64,000 nt of DNA from Pavona decussata (taxonomy: Eukaryota): NCBI GenBank assembly GCA_977016875.1, contig CDRNST010000020.1:5022001-5086000 (forward strand), written 5' to 3'. Shown piece after piece: positions 50,601 to 63,678 of the stretch (the stretch's first letter is position 1; each line of letters begins with the position of its first letter). A program made the translations under genes and the position numbers. The notes beneath the pieces are model-generated. The model was given only the letters and a program-made list of their open reading frames with translations, was not told the DNA's origin and made no database searches.

Positions 50601-53600
50601 TATTTTATTATGAGCTTTAGTTTAGCATTTTATTCCTACCAAATAATTTTTATTATTTTTATTGTAATTTTTCTTTTTCACACTTTTTGTTGTATATATT
50701 TTATGTTTGCGCTTTTTATTCATCACTAGTTAAAGATTACAGAGTGGCAATCGAAAGCTTGTTAATATGTTTTTAGACTTGTAATCAGAGAACGCTTAAA
50801 ATCTTGTTATGTCTTATCCTGGTTACTCGTCCATTTTTAAATTTATTAAATTCATTGTTCGGTTGGTCTGGTCTGTAATCTAACATAATCAAGCCCGATT
50901 AAACAGAATTACGATTTCTTGGTGTAGAAATTGGAAGTTCGTCTAAAGGCAGTAATTTTATGAAATTTAGGTCTGATGCAGGGAGCTTACCAAACGAATT
51001 TATGTCGTAGCTATGAAATGGAATATTGTGGCCTAACAGTATTTGGGATTCGGTAGCTTAGTAGTTTTGTTTAGTTGAATAAACAAAAAATACTTTACCA
51101 GCACATGTTCCTTCATTATATCCAGGTTTGCAATTACAAGTTATCGGGGCTGTTGCTATTGTAGTCTGTTAATAAACATTGCAAAACATTTTACCAGAGC
51201 ACGTTTCTCCATCTCCTGTATATCCACCTTTGCAGGTGCAAGTGTAAGATCCTTGGGTATTTTTGCAGACGGCGTTGACGTCACAATTGTTAGAGTTGGC
51301 AGAACATTCGTTTATATCTGAAAAAATAAACATAGTGAAAAGTCAGTCCAGGTATAAAAAGGTTGTTCTGATAGAATAATAGATAATATCTTATGTTGTC
51401 TAAATTAATATACTTGTGAAGCAAGTAAATGAAATTTGTTGGTAAAGTGACTTTCGTTTCTTACGAAATATTACAAAAATCAGGTAATAAGTACATCATC
51501 AATTAATGCAATCCCATAGACTGTTCGCACTTATTACTTAGAGCAGATAGCTTAGACCTAACCAATTTTGAAACTTAAAGTTTTTTTCATCTATAGTCAC
51601 CCGAAAATACCATCATTAAATGTCCTTGAAGAAATACATACATAAGTCCTAGGTTCGGAATTTTAAGCTCTTCATATAGTAATTTTTTTTTGGTACTTGT
51701 TCGTTTATAAAGGAGTGGGCCCTTTTCATTCAGTAAATAAAATTACATAAAATTTTACCAATGCAGTTTCTTCCATTCCCTGTATATCCAGCTTTGCAAG
51801 TACAAGTGTAGGAACCTTGGGTATTTTTGCAGATGGCATTTATATTACATCGGTGAGAGTTGGCAGAACATTCGTTTATGTCTGCAAACAAAAAAGATGA
51901 TAGTTTATTTAACAGATCATCATTCGTCGTTGCTACAGTAGATAAGCTGTTCCTGCAGCTATAAAATAGAAGGGAGGTCGATGGAAAACCACATTTAAGA
52001 AAGTCTGATATGGATTATCTTTTGGTACGTTTAAGTACAGTATTTATAAGGAACGGTAGCACATCAGAAGCAGACGTAAAATTTGCGTAAACAATGCCCC
52101 AGGCTCGAACGAGAGAAATTGTAGATAGTCCATATCAGTAAAGATGTCCTGTCATGTTAATCAAATTGAATCCTGAAACATATAATTGTATACATAATTT
52201 CACATAAACTTTACCAGAGCAGGTTTTTCCGTCTCCTGTATATCCTGCTTTGCAAGTACAAGTGTAAGATCCCTTCGTGTTTTTGCAGGCGGCATTGACA
52301 TCACAAACATCAGCAATGGAAGAACATTCGTCTATATCTAGAAATAGAAATAACGCAGTACCGATAAATGCACCTTACCTGGACACGCCTATAATGTTAC
52401 AAGATAGGAAGCAAGTTAGAAAAGCTCGACTGGTAGCGGTCGTATAATTGGTGTAATTTTTAGGGGTTAGGCCTGCACAAAAATTACAAGTTAAAAAGCA
52501 CATATTTTGGGACGAGTGGAACGTATGTGGTAGTTTATCTAAGCGGCATAAAAAGGTGTTTATCTTGTACTGCACTTACCAGTGCATGTTTCTCCGTTTC
52601 CTGAATATCCAGTTTTGCAACTGCAGGTGTGTGATCCTTGATTATTGGTGCATACGGCATTGACGTCACAACGGTGTGAGTTAGTAGAACACTCGTTTTC
52701 ATCTGCAAATAAAATACAACGTAAGTTCATTAAATTTATGTTCATTTGTCTGGTCTGTTTTTGCTCTAACAATCTAGCAGGCTTAAGACAGAATTACGAT
52801 CTTTCGGTGTAGGGTTAGAAATCAGTTTATCTGTGAAATTCGAAACATGCAAAATTATGTTGAATCTGGTGTATGGTATGGTTGAGAAATTGATGTAGTG
52901 TAGAAATGGATGTAAACTTTACCAGAGCAGGTTTTTCCGTCGCCTGTATATCCTGCTTTGCAAGTACAAGTGTAAGATCCCTTGGTGTTTTTGCAGCCGG
53001 CATTGATATTACAAATATCAGCGTTGGTAGAACACTCGTCTATATCTAGAAACAGAAATTGCGAAGGGCTGATAAATAACATCTTGATTACACTGTTTTT
53101 ACTTATTTTGCCTTTTTGTTGATATGTCCAGAAATGCACGCTGATGAGATGCATGAACTGTATAATAGACATCAGAAAGTGTCCCCTACCCTAAATTCCT
53201 ACTAAAACACAAATAATTCTGTCAAACATGAAGTCATATGAAAATGACAAAAAGGTCTGTCTTTTATAAAGTACCTAAAATCAGGGTTAGGTGCATTTCT
53301 GGACATAAGTGGGTTTTTGTAGAAAAGGGAGTGGATTTTTTTTTTTTTGTTGACAATTTTTATTTGCATACATGACATGAGATTTACAATACTGAGCACT
53401 ATTAACAACTATTAATGTCTTTTAGTGAAAACTTTTTCTTATTTTTACTAACAAAACATTACTTTACATCAAATACAATTTTACAAATATTACACTGATT
53501 CCGTACAAAATGATCAAGCTACAAAGCAACTGCTAAAGATTTTTACTAAATTAAAGGAAAAAATATATATTTATATAAAGCAATTTTTAAGGAAGAAGAA

Positions 53601-56600
53601 CTGCCCATCAAAGTCTAAAATTTGACAAACACTTATTAGCGACAGCAATCTGTTTTAGAGTCTGAATTCTATCGGAAAGTCGTAAAAGGAAGCTCTGGAA
53701 GCTCAGTACACCCCCGCCTTTGCTTGTACAGAGGATGTAGTATTTTGCTATGAGTATTGAGTAGTTTAAAGTCTGCCAATATGAAGATTTTTCGAAAAAG
53801 CCGTAAAGTATATTACTTTGATTTAAAGAAAGCTTGTCATGGGTCTTTTGTAGCCACCAGTCTTGAAATGTATTCCAGAAGGAGTGCACTTCGGTGCAGA
53901 GGACGAACAAGTGGTGTAAGGTTTGTCTCTCATTTTTGCACAGAGAACAGATGTCACTTTCGGCTATTCCATCGCGGTGTAAGCTAAATTGGGCGGGTAG
54001 TATGTTGTGTATAATTTTATATTGAAACATCACTAGTTTGACCTCTTTTGTAATTTTAAACGGTAACTGGTATACTTTGTCAAGTGTTTTTTCGGTACAG
54101 CCCTGTCTCAAAATTTTATTCTGGGAGTTTGGTGGTTCAAATGTATCTGTTAAGATTGACGAGTAGATAGAGCCAGTGGACAAGTTTGTCACGGAGTTTT
54201 CTTCAGCGTTGGTATGATTCTGCGGAGTTATTGTTTTTTTTCCACAAAGATGGAATGGCATCTAACAAACCATAAAATGTTGTAAAGGGCACCTGTAGGT
54301 TATACAAAGTCTTAAACTCAGAGTAGCTGCAGAGATTTCCGTGTCTGTTAAATAAATCACATACATAGACGATGTTGTGCATGGGAAAACCATCTTTTAT
54401 AGAAAACCGGTTTCTTATCAATTAAAATATTGCGATTGTTCCAAACAATTTCATTCTTAAAGTCTGCTCATTTTTCTTCGACTTTTTGAAGTCATGCCAA
54501 TACAACAGAATTGAACGGTAGAAAAGGGAAAGGTTTTCCAGCGAGAGCATCTTAGGATCGTAATTGCATCTGGTTAAGAAAAAGAGGTTACCGTGTTGTT
54601 GGACCATAACATCAGGAATAATTTTCCAAGAGGAGGGTACCTCGTTTTGGATTCTTTTCATCCATGTAATTTTCAAAGCTTTCTCCGTGATTGCGAAGTC
54701 GCACATTTTTAACCCGCCTGGATCTTAATGTTTAATAAAATAGCAAAAGCACAATATTTTACCAGAGCAGTTTCTTCCGTTCCCTGTATATCCAGCTTGG
54801 CAGGTACAAGTGTAAGATCCCTGGGTATTTTCGCAGACGGCATTAACATCGCAGCGGTCAGAGTTAGAAGAGCATTCGTTGACATCTGCAAAAAAGTTAA
54901 AGCATTTTCATTGAGCATGTGCCTTGTCTCCCTCTTATTTATTCATTTTATTTTTGCGTTCTTTTTACTTACAGTGAAACTTTTATTTGGTTCGTTTGTT
55001 TTGTTCTGTTCTATTTTATTCACTCCTGTTAATATAGCGTTAGGTTATGATTGTGGTCGCTTTGATGGCCAATAAAGAATAAGCCTCACTCCACTGCTTT
55101 TTTTCACGAGTCCTGGTAAACTCGAAAGCACGGATTATTCGCTAATTGAAAAGTTGCCCTCGTAGTCCAGCTGATAATCTCGAATGTCCAACAAAACCTT
55201 CCCCCCGAATTTCAGCCATCTAAAAAGTCATTCATTGAACTGACTTAGTTGTACAAACATGAAACATTTACCAGAGCAACTTTCTCCATCTCCATTGTAT
55301 CCAGCTCTGCAAGTACAAGTGTAAGATCCCTCGGTATTTTTGCAGACAGCATTAGCATCACAAATCTTATCGATGGTAGAGCATTCGTTTATATCTATAA
55401 ACGAAAGAGGACGTGATATCAGTAAACAAATCAATCAAAGTTGGTAATTTAAAGAAATACTGTCAGCCACTTGTGTACCTAAATAAGCACAAAATCCTGG
55501 CGTGAAGAACCACCGGTAATGTAGACTGTTCAGTCCACTTACCGGTGCATGTTTCCCCGTCTCCTGAATATCCAGCTTTGCAAGTACACGTGTGGGATCC
55601 CTGATTATTGATGCACACCGCATTGACGTCGCAGCGGTGAGAATTGGTGGAACACTCGTCTATATCTGTAACCAAAACATGACGCAAGTTCATTAAATCT
55701 ATGGATCATTTCTTTACGTTTGTTTCTGATTATGTAAAATTCAAAGAGCAGGTATTGAATACGAGGTTGAGTGCGGGTACCAAATGAATATATAACGTAA
55801 CTGGAAGAGGAAATAGTTCGCTTTATTATTTTGAAATCAGTTGTTCCTTCATTATAGGTGATAAACGCAACATATCTTACCAGAGCACGTTTTCCCATCT
55901 CCGTTATATCCAGCTTTGCAGGTACAAGTGAAAGATCCCTCGATATTTTTACACACAGCATGGATATCACAAATAGTAGCATTGGTGGAACACTCGTCGA
56001 TATCTAAAAACGCAAATGATGAAGTATTTACACTGAGGCTAATGAGCAATGTTATTAATTTCTAAGCGTGTACGGGTTGTCCATGCTTTTTCACTCCCTA
56101 ACTCTGTACTAATCCAGTTAAACCCATTTATCTTGAGTCCGTCTCAGTTGATTTCTGCTATTCAAGCAGGAAATTGTTTTCACAGAAGCGCATTTTGCAG
56201 TTGTGTGTCGAGTAGTCTGGCCGTCAGCTTAGGTACCACTGGACTTCTCTCTGAAATTCAGGGACCATTTTTATAAAACATTAAGACTTACAATTTGGAA
56301 CCTTTTCATTGCATGCGCATGTAGAAAAAGAGTTCAATAAACATTGTTAGACTCTATATCACCACTAGTGAAGTCGTTTTAAACTCTTTATGGAGTTTAT
56401 TTTTGTATTTTTGTCTGCGCATGTCAAACCAACAGCCCAACTGTAAACTACATACAGATGAGTTTTTTTTATGGATCTCAGCATTGCTACTAGAAATGTA
56501 GAATTCCTGATTACTGCTGCACACGGCATTGACGTCACATCGTTGATAGTTGGTACACTACTCTTGTATATCTGTTACGAATGAACGGATTTTTTCTCCA

Positions 56601-59600
56601 AACTGTGTTTTGTTTTTTGATTCTTTTTTTTGTTGTTGTTGTTGTTGTTGTTTGTTTATGTTTTTTTTTTTTTCGCGGCCTTTTCTGATTTAAGATCATG
56701 TAACACGATTAAACGAATTACTGTCTGAACCGTCGTTTTGCAAGTCAGAAAACAATTGATTCAAAAGCTTAAAATATTGAGTCTGAGGTAGGGTGTGTAA
56801 GACGGAATATTTTGGCCTAACATTATCTGAAATTCGGTTATGTCGCTTAGTGTGTATGAATAAAACAAAACATTTTACCAGAGCATGTTTGTCCATCTCC
56901 TCTATATCCTGCTCTGCAAGTACAGGTGTAAGCTCCCTGGGTGTTTTTACAGACTGCATTGACATCACAAGTATGGGCACGAGTAGAACACTCGTCGACA
57001 TCTAGAAACACAAATGACGTAAGGTCCAAAAATACATCTTTATTACGTATTTTAACTTAATTTGCTTTGTCGATGCTTGTTATAATGAAACAAATGCCCC
57101 CGTGAGTCACTTCTATAATTAAACCGACTATAAATATGCGAATGTAGCATTATTGGTAAACCAGAATCGAGAGGCATCAGTGTGCACAAACTATTTATGA
57201 GTTAACGTTTGGTGAAGTTAAAATATTAAATGAAAAGAGGATTGCGAAGTATTCGTGTCTTAAAGCAACAAAAAACTGGTGTTACTTACATCTTACTCTA
57301 TCTCTGTAGAATTTTGCTTGTCGAAGCCAAGAGAGTATTATTAGACATTGATTAGTTAACACCTAGATTCTAGGCTCGTATGTAAATAAGCTTCTTTAAA
57401 GTAAATGCAGTTTCTAGGCTCGTATGTAAATAAGCTTCTTTAAAGTAAATGCAGGGAGTGGGTCTGTACGTTTAGTAAAACATTTTACCTGTGCAAGTTC
57501 TTCCATTCCCTGTATATCCAGCTTGGCAAGTACAAGTGTAAGATCCCTGGGTATTTTCACAGACAGCATTCACATTACAACGGTCAGATTTGGCAGAACA
57601 TTCGTTTATATCTAAAACAAAGTAAAGTGTTAGTTCACACATATTGCCCTCAAAATATTTTTCCTCTTTTGTATTTCTTAACATATTTGTGAGGTAAGTC
57701 AAATTTGATACCGGTAAAGAAGAAACGTTTTAATTTTAAATGTGTCTAAGAGCATACAAAGTGAGCTTTCTTTAGTACTGACACAAACGCTCGAAAACAA
57801 ATATAAGCCAATGCACAGTTAGAGTATTGATTACAGCTTTCATCTTAGACCTAGCCAATTTTGTAATGGAAAATTTGTCTTTACTTCGTTGTAAGAACCT
57901 GTGAAACTCACAGCCGACAAAAAAGCGACAAAACAATACAGGAAAGGAAATCGATAGCGGAACCTACAACACAAACACAAAGCTGTCAGGTTAAGTCAAG
58001 AAATTTGAAGAAATATCAGCCTAAGATTTAAATTTCAGGATTTTTATCCCTTTAGTCGGCCATTTTTCTTTGTTGTTCATTAGCGGCCTGGGCCTTTACA
58101 TTTGGTAATCACCTTACCAGTGCAGTTTCTTCCATTTCCTTTAAATCCAGCTTTGCAAGTACAGGTGTAAGATCCCTGGGTATTTCTGCAGATTGCGTTA
58201 ATATTACAACGGTCAGAGTTGGCAGAACATTCGTTTATATCTGCGGACAAAAAAAGTGTTAGTTAAGTTAACAGATCATTAGTTGTTGCTTCAGTGCATC
58301 AGCTGTTTCTGTGCCTATACAGTAGAAGGGAGATGAATGAAAAACACATTTCAGATTATCTTTTGGTACGTCTAAATACAGCGTCTACAAGATGCTTGAT
58401 CGGTTGTAGAATTAAAAGTTGCGAAAAGACCGCCTTATGCTCGAATAGTGTTGCTAAATAAAAATCTGCTCTAAGTAAACTCAGAGCTGATCATTTTCTG
58501 AGCTCGTAATGTCTTCATCGAAGAGAAATATAGAAGGGAGTAAAATTCATGAAATAATAATGTGAAATGAGGATTTATAATTATCCGCACCGAGGCAGTA
58601 AATGCGCTAATTGTTTTGGACCCGATAGTCATTGAGCATGTGCCGAAAGTCCCTTTTTAAGCGTGCGTCCTTTCTCCATAGAACGTGATGGAAAACGGAG
58701 CTGTATAGTAGACTTTCAGTTTACTTACCAGCGCATGTTTCACCGTTTCCTGAATATCCAGCTTTGCAAGTACAGGTGTGGGATCCCTGTTTATTGGTGC
58801 ATACGGCATTGACGTCACAACGGTGAGCATTGGTGGAACACTCGTTTATATCTGTAACCACCACATGACACAAGTTTATTAAATTCATTGTCCATTTGTT
58901 CTGATCTGTTTGTAGTCTGACATAATGAAGCCAGATTAAATAAGAATTACGATTTATCGGTGCAGAAGTTAGTTCTTCGTTTAAAGACAGTACATTGGTG
59001 ACATTGGTGAAATTAAAGGTTTGATGCAGGAAGGTTGCCAAACGAATTTATGTCGTAGCTAACAGGGAATATTTTTTTTGCGAAATCTCGGTTGAGAAGT
59101 TTGAATCCTCTGAGAGACTGTATATTCATAATATTCAAAGTACAAGAAATGAGTTTGAGGTAGAGTGTCGGTACTAAATGCATTGATATCGTAAGTGTAT
59201 GAAAGAGCAAATAGTTTGGCTTAATTATTTTAAATTCGGTTATTTATTTCAGTATATTTCTGTAAACACAAAATATTTTACCAGAGCACTTTTGTCCATC
59301 TCCTGTATAGCCAGCTTTGCAAGTACAAGTGTATGATCCCTCGATATTTTTACACACGGCATTGCTATCACAAATATCAGCAATGGTAGAACACTCGTCG
59401 ATATCTAAAAACGCAAGTGACGATAAATACGTCTTGATTAATTTGTTTTAACTTAATTTAATTCGATGATCTTTGTTAACCCAGTGTCTGGCTGTCCAGG
59501 CTTTACCTCTCCCCAACTTTGTCCGAATTTATTTTGAAGCCGTCTAAAGTAGTTTTCTACACTTCGAACAGGGTTTTTCTCCATCATCGGTCTTCTCCTT

Positions 59601-62600
59601 AACCTGGCCTTCAGTTTGCTGACCAGTGCAGGCCTCTCCGTCTCCTGAATATCCAGGGACGAACATCAAACTAACATCCCAACTTGTAAAGTACAAGTGT
59701 ATGGAACCCTGCTTTGCAACTATTATTGCTGCACGTGCCATTGACGTCACAGCGTTGAGGATTTGTGGACCACCCGCGTTCGCGAAACAAAACCCGGAAA
59801 AAGGCGTCTGCTCTCCCAGGCTAGGGAATGGGCCTTTATTTTCAGTAAAACAGCAATACCAAAACAGTTCACCTGTGCATTTTCTACCATTCCCGGAATA
59901 TCCAGCTTGGCAAGTACAAGTGTAAGATCCCTGGGTATTTTCACAGACGGCCTTCACATCACAACGGTCAGAGTTGGCAGAACACTCGTTTACATCTGAA
60001 AAAAACGCAACGCAAGTTTAGTAAACAGATTATCACTTGTCCTTGCTAATGTGTATAAGTCGTTTGTATAATTACAATCGACGCAGCTATTAAATTTTAA
60101 ACCTATATAGTAAGTCAGTCAGCAAGCAAAGACGAGTATTGGTTATCTTTTAGTACAGCTTTGAAATATAGCGTAAGAACTCCACAGTAGCTCAACAGTG
60201 CTTGATTTTGAAAGCAAAATTCGTAGATACTAGCGCTAAAGCAGATGAAAGGTGTCCTTTAACAAGTGCTCCATACTAGAATTAAATAGAGTTTAATGTA
60301 ATCATTATCTGCCTCAGCTGAGTCATACAATAAATTCTTGACGGAATTGGAATTCAGAAGTGTAATTGAATAAGTATATAACATTTACCAGAGCAAGTTT
60401 TCCCATCTCCTGAATAACCAGCTCTGCAAGTACAAGTGTAAGATCCCTTGGTATTTTTGCAGACGGCATTGACATCACAAATGTCAGCGCTGGTTAAGCA
60501 TTCGTTTATATCTATAAAGAAAGGTTGAGTGATTTCAGTGAACACAAATGTTCTCGTTGCTAGTTAAAGGAACATCTACGACCCATCGTAATAAGGGGAG
60601 ACCATGGTTTATTCATCGTTTATTCGTCGTTCGTATAAAAGTGTATATCTGGGAGGGAGGGGGTGGAATAATAGAAAATCATTTTACCTGAGCAATTTCT
60701 GCCATCTCCTGAAAATCCAGCTCTGCACTTGCAAGTGTAAGATCCCTCGTTGTTTTCGCACGCGGCATTAGCATCACAGCTGTGAGTATTGCTTGAACAC
60801 TCGTTTATATCTATAGAACAAATTTCTTTGTCAGTACGAGAATACATTTTCTGTCAACAGCAAGGGTAATTGTTTTCTCCCGGGGTCTACTTCAATTTCA
60901 ACTATCAGTACGTAAGTAAGCTTGTAAAGGTTTGTATTTGATTATAATCGAGTGGGTCTCGATTAATGTTACTTTCCTGGAGCAAATAAATATTGATCAA
61001 TATACATAAATCACAACAGGCTAAAAGTTGGCTTGGCGAGAAATAAAACAGTAATTGTCTGTCCAAAATACTCTTCGAGCCACAATAACATCGTGTTTTT
61101 GCTTAAAATTATTGTGAATTTGCTATTTTTTCGACCTTTATAGTATTATGGTAAAACAAACTTTAATTTTTTCACAGTCTTGATCAAACTGGCCAAAGAA
61201 AGGTAGCTGTGGTGAGCCATGCCTTTGATACTGTCAACATCCATTGAGCCATTTCTTCTCCTCTACCTTGACTTCCAATCGCTCAGTTTGGTCTGCCTTT
61301 TAGGTCGGATTTACCCTTAGATGAATTTAAGGCTTGCTTACCTTCCTCGCAGTCCCTTCCTGTAAATCCTTTGGCACATCGACAGAAGTAGGTGCGACCT
61401 GCACGTGCTGTACATGTTCCTCCATTTTTGCAAGGGTTCTTGAAGCAAAGATTTGCTACGAATGCAAGCAGATTACTTAGACTATCTGAATTATCACTGA
61501 CCCCATTTTAAACCTACTGGAACAGTAGTCACTGTTCCCTTATCTACATCAAGAACTCGTTTTTGTGCTCCATTTATTAATTTCTGACAGACTCCAATTT
61601 CGAGTGTCTTAACAACTCACAAGTGAACCCAAAATATGATAATGACAAATTGGTGTTTAAAGCGGTGTTCGATACATCACATTCATATTTTCGGTATTGG
61701 ACTGGATCTCGCTTTCCATGGAGGCCCTTGCAGTGGAATATGTTGGAAATATTTGCATGTAAATGATTCCCCTGCTTGAGCCTCATCCAGGCTAGTTCCA
61801 GTTCAATACCGAGAATACGAGTACGGTCTACTAATTGCTGTAAAAGTAAAACAAAGGTAATTCCTCTGACCAATCACCAGACGCAAGCAGCTCAATGAAC
61901 CAATCAGCATTCGAAGGAAATATACGAAGGTGGTGTCAAGTGTGGGAAAATGCCTGCGAACGAGTCATTATTATTAATTTTTTTTTTGTTTCTCATTGGT
62001 TAGGAAACTGGCGCGAATCTTGGAGTTAACTAATCACAGAGAGTCATAAAGCAAACCAAAGTAAACGCGAATTACTTTCGACGCTCAATTGAAAACCAAC
62101 TTTAAGACCATTAACTGACTGTGCACTTGTCCCATGATACTGAACGATGGCTTACTAGACAGCTGATAATAACCGTCTTCCTTTCAGTAGTAGTTAGAGA
62201 TAAAAATAATTTCATCAGCTTGTCTCTAAAATCATCAGTTTCATTCGAAGGAAATACATAAAAATGGCGTCAAGTGCTGGAAAATACGTTCGAGCGAGTC
62301 ATGATTGTTTTTTAAGGTTTGCTTCTCATTGGTTGAGAGACTGGTATGAAGTTTGCAGGAAGGCCTTAGGTTCGACTCCTTATAGGTGCAGTCAGATTCC
62401 CTTTTTCCGCGTTTGTCTGTGTCACTCACTGAACAATACATCATTATCGTTGACAAAAAAAGTGTGGGTTGACCAGAAACTTTCCTGGCATTTCTCTAAA
62501 TTGTTTTTTCTCAGCAATTCTATACATTTGTGGTTTTGACGAGTGTGTGGACCAAAAAGGCCAACACGCGACCTTTTGTAAGAAAGCTGTCGAACACTTT

Positions 62601-62791
62601 TCAATTTCCTTTTCGTAGCTTTGAAATCCAGTGTTCTTAAGTGAAGTAGTTTAACAATTGAAAACAAAATCCTGTACCTTTTTGGCAGTTTTGTCCGTAA
62701 TATCCTCCTGCGCAATCGCAATGGTAGAATTCACCTGCAATCACTCTACAAGTTCCTCCATTTTGACATGGTTCTTCTAAGCAAGGATCCA
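45378..62791 (-). CDS. Gene C: multi-EGF + zona pellucida (ZP) domain transmembrane protein (uromodulin-like); 5' end not found in window
   Basis: EGF exons 62678-62791 and 61342-61455; 123-nt cbEGF exons with low coordinates 60688, 60389, 59873, 59282, 58729, 58118, 57489, 56879, 55881, 55543, 55272, 54763, 52923, 52580, 52215, 51759, 51195, 50312, 49974, 49636, 49238, 48899; cbEGF 47939-48064; ZP 47210-47615, 46675-46854, 46133-46437; TM and tail 45378-45502. Splice phases are consistent. Confidence 0.9.
51099..51141 (-). pseudogene. EGF exon 3' remnant
   Basis: [14 protein letters not shown] plus GTAAAG donor; no 5' half. Confidence 0.6.
53432..54718 (-). mobile_element. 5'-truncated L1/Tx1-clade LINE (ORF2 C-terminus), frameshifted
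   Basis: [18 protein letters not shown] post-RT motif; zf-[14 protein letters not shown]...CSLC...HLFVLC...FW; split over three ORFs (54422-54706, 54203-54421, 53608-54261). Confidence 0.88.
56505..56571 (-). pseudogene. cbEGF pseudo-exon with stop codon, 3' truncated
   Basis: After the acceptor it reads [22 protein letters not shown]. Confidence 0.75.
57368..57454. repeat. Perfect 43-bp direct tandem duplication
   Basis: TTCTAGGCTCGTATGTAAATAAGCTTCTTTAAAGTAAATGCAG occurs twice. Confidence 0.9.
59624..59767 (-). pseudogene. cbEGF pseudo-exon disrupted by insertions
   Basis: Fragments [15 protein letters not shown] and [10 protein letters not shown] separated by inserted sequence; acceptor lost. 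Confidence 0.7.
61830..62447. repeat. Cluster of short interspersed repeats (related copies 61830-62100 and 62240-62360; SINE tail 62361-62447)
   Basis: CATTCGAAGGAAATA...CGAGTCAT...TTCTCATTGGTT occurs at both about 61908 and 62242; GGTTCGACTCC B-box at about 62369. Confidence 0.55.
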
Positions 62792-62824
62792 CTGCGAGGA
62801 AAAGGAAAACACGCATGAATAGTA

Positions 62825-63678
62825 CACCTTTTGCCCTTCATTATCAGGAAATACATTTTCATTAGTGTTAAAAATTAAATCATGAAAGCGAATATGTAAT
62901 CATTGTATGAAAACAGACAAACGTTTTAATTTTCAGTGTCGTCAATGAGGCGTTTTACATAGCCGAAGAACGTTCATTAATGCGAATATCAGTTCAATTT
63001 AATGGAAATAACAAACTTTTAAGAAAATGAATAGACATTAGACGCTTCTTAATGTTCTTTAACGAGGAAAAAAATTCATTACAAGAGAGATACAGTCAGC
63101 GTTACAATCAAGCAAGTCTTAGCTCTATCCTTCAATCAACTCCCTATTCAAACATCGTGGTACATGCAAGTCTGCATAAACCTAAACCCCGCTGGACATT
63201 TTCTGGCAATTACCGTGTTCACGTTTCTACTCTTCTCGCGGGGATCTTCAAACGCCCTAACTATCTTTTCACGATGCTCAATTGGGATACGGTTTCGACG
63301 AACTCTGTGCTCCATTACTGCGAAACCAGTGTGCACATGTACAGCATCGTTTTTAAATTTAAGCATCGATATAAATCCATTGGGAAATTAGTCAGAAACC
63401 ACGTAACTAAAAATCTTTTCTAGTTGAAATTTTATTCGCGCAATGGAACGTTAACCCTAGGTTTATGAATCTTCATTCGCACTAAAGAATGTTGTTTTCG
63501 ATAAAACGCTATTCTGATTGGCCGTAATGAATCTTCTTTTCGATGCAAAACTCCTTAATGACTCTGCCACAAATTGAAATTTTTCATTTCCTAGTTAAAC
63601 TGATTATACATTAATGTTATTGACCAATGTTTGCGCGCTAATGAAAATTTATTTCCTGATAATGAAGGGCAAAAGGTG
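62825..63678 (-). mobile_element. Non-autonomous Tc1/mariner (IS630-like) element
   Basis: About 41-bp TIRs CACCTTTTGCCCTTCATTATCAGGAAATA-ATTTTCATTAG (1 mismatch), TA on both sides; internal ORF RNRIPIEHREKIVRAFED resembles a transposase HTH start. Confidence 0.85.

Noticed and set aside
48899-60810. Dscam-style mutually exclusive exon cluster
   Set aside because: Each exon is a whole domain with normal splice sites and spliceable introns; no docking or selector elements seen. Tandem inclusion is the simpler model.
61577-61873. 98-aa ORF with signal-like start
   Set aside because: Its start and acceptor-like site come from an interspersed repeat, and its phase does not fit the upstream EGF exon.
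62430-62618. In-frame 189-nt exon of gene C
   Set aside because: The apparent GTGAGT donor lies in a SINE tail and the peptide matches no domain I recognise.
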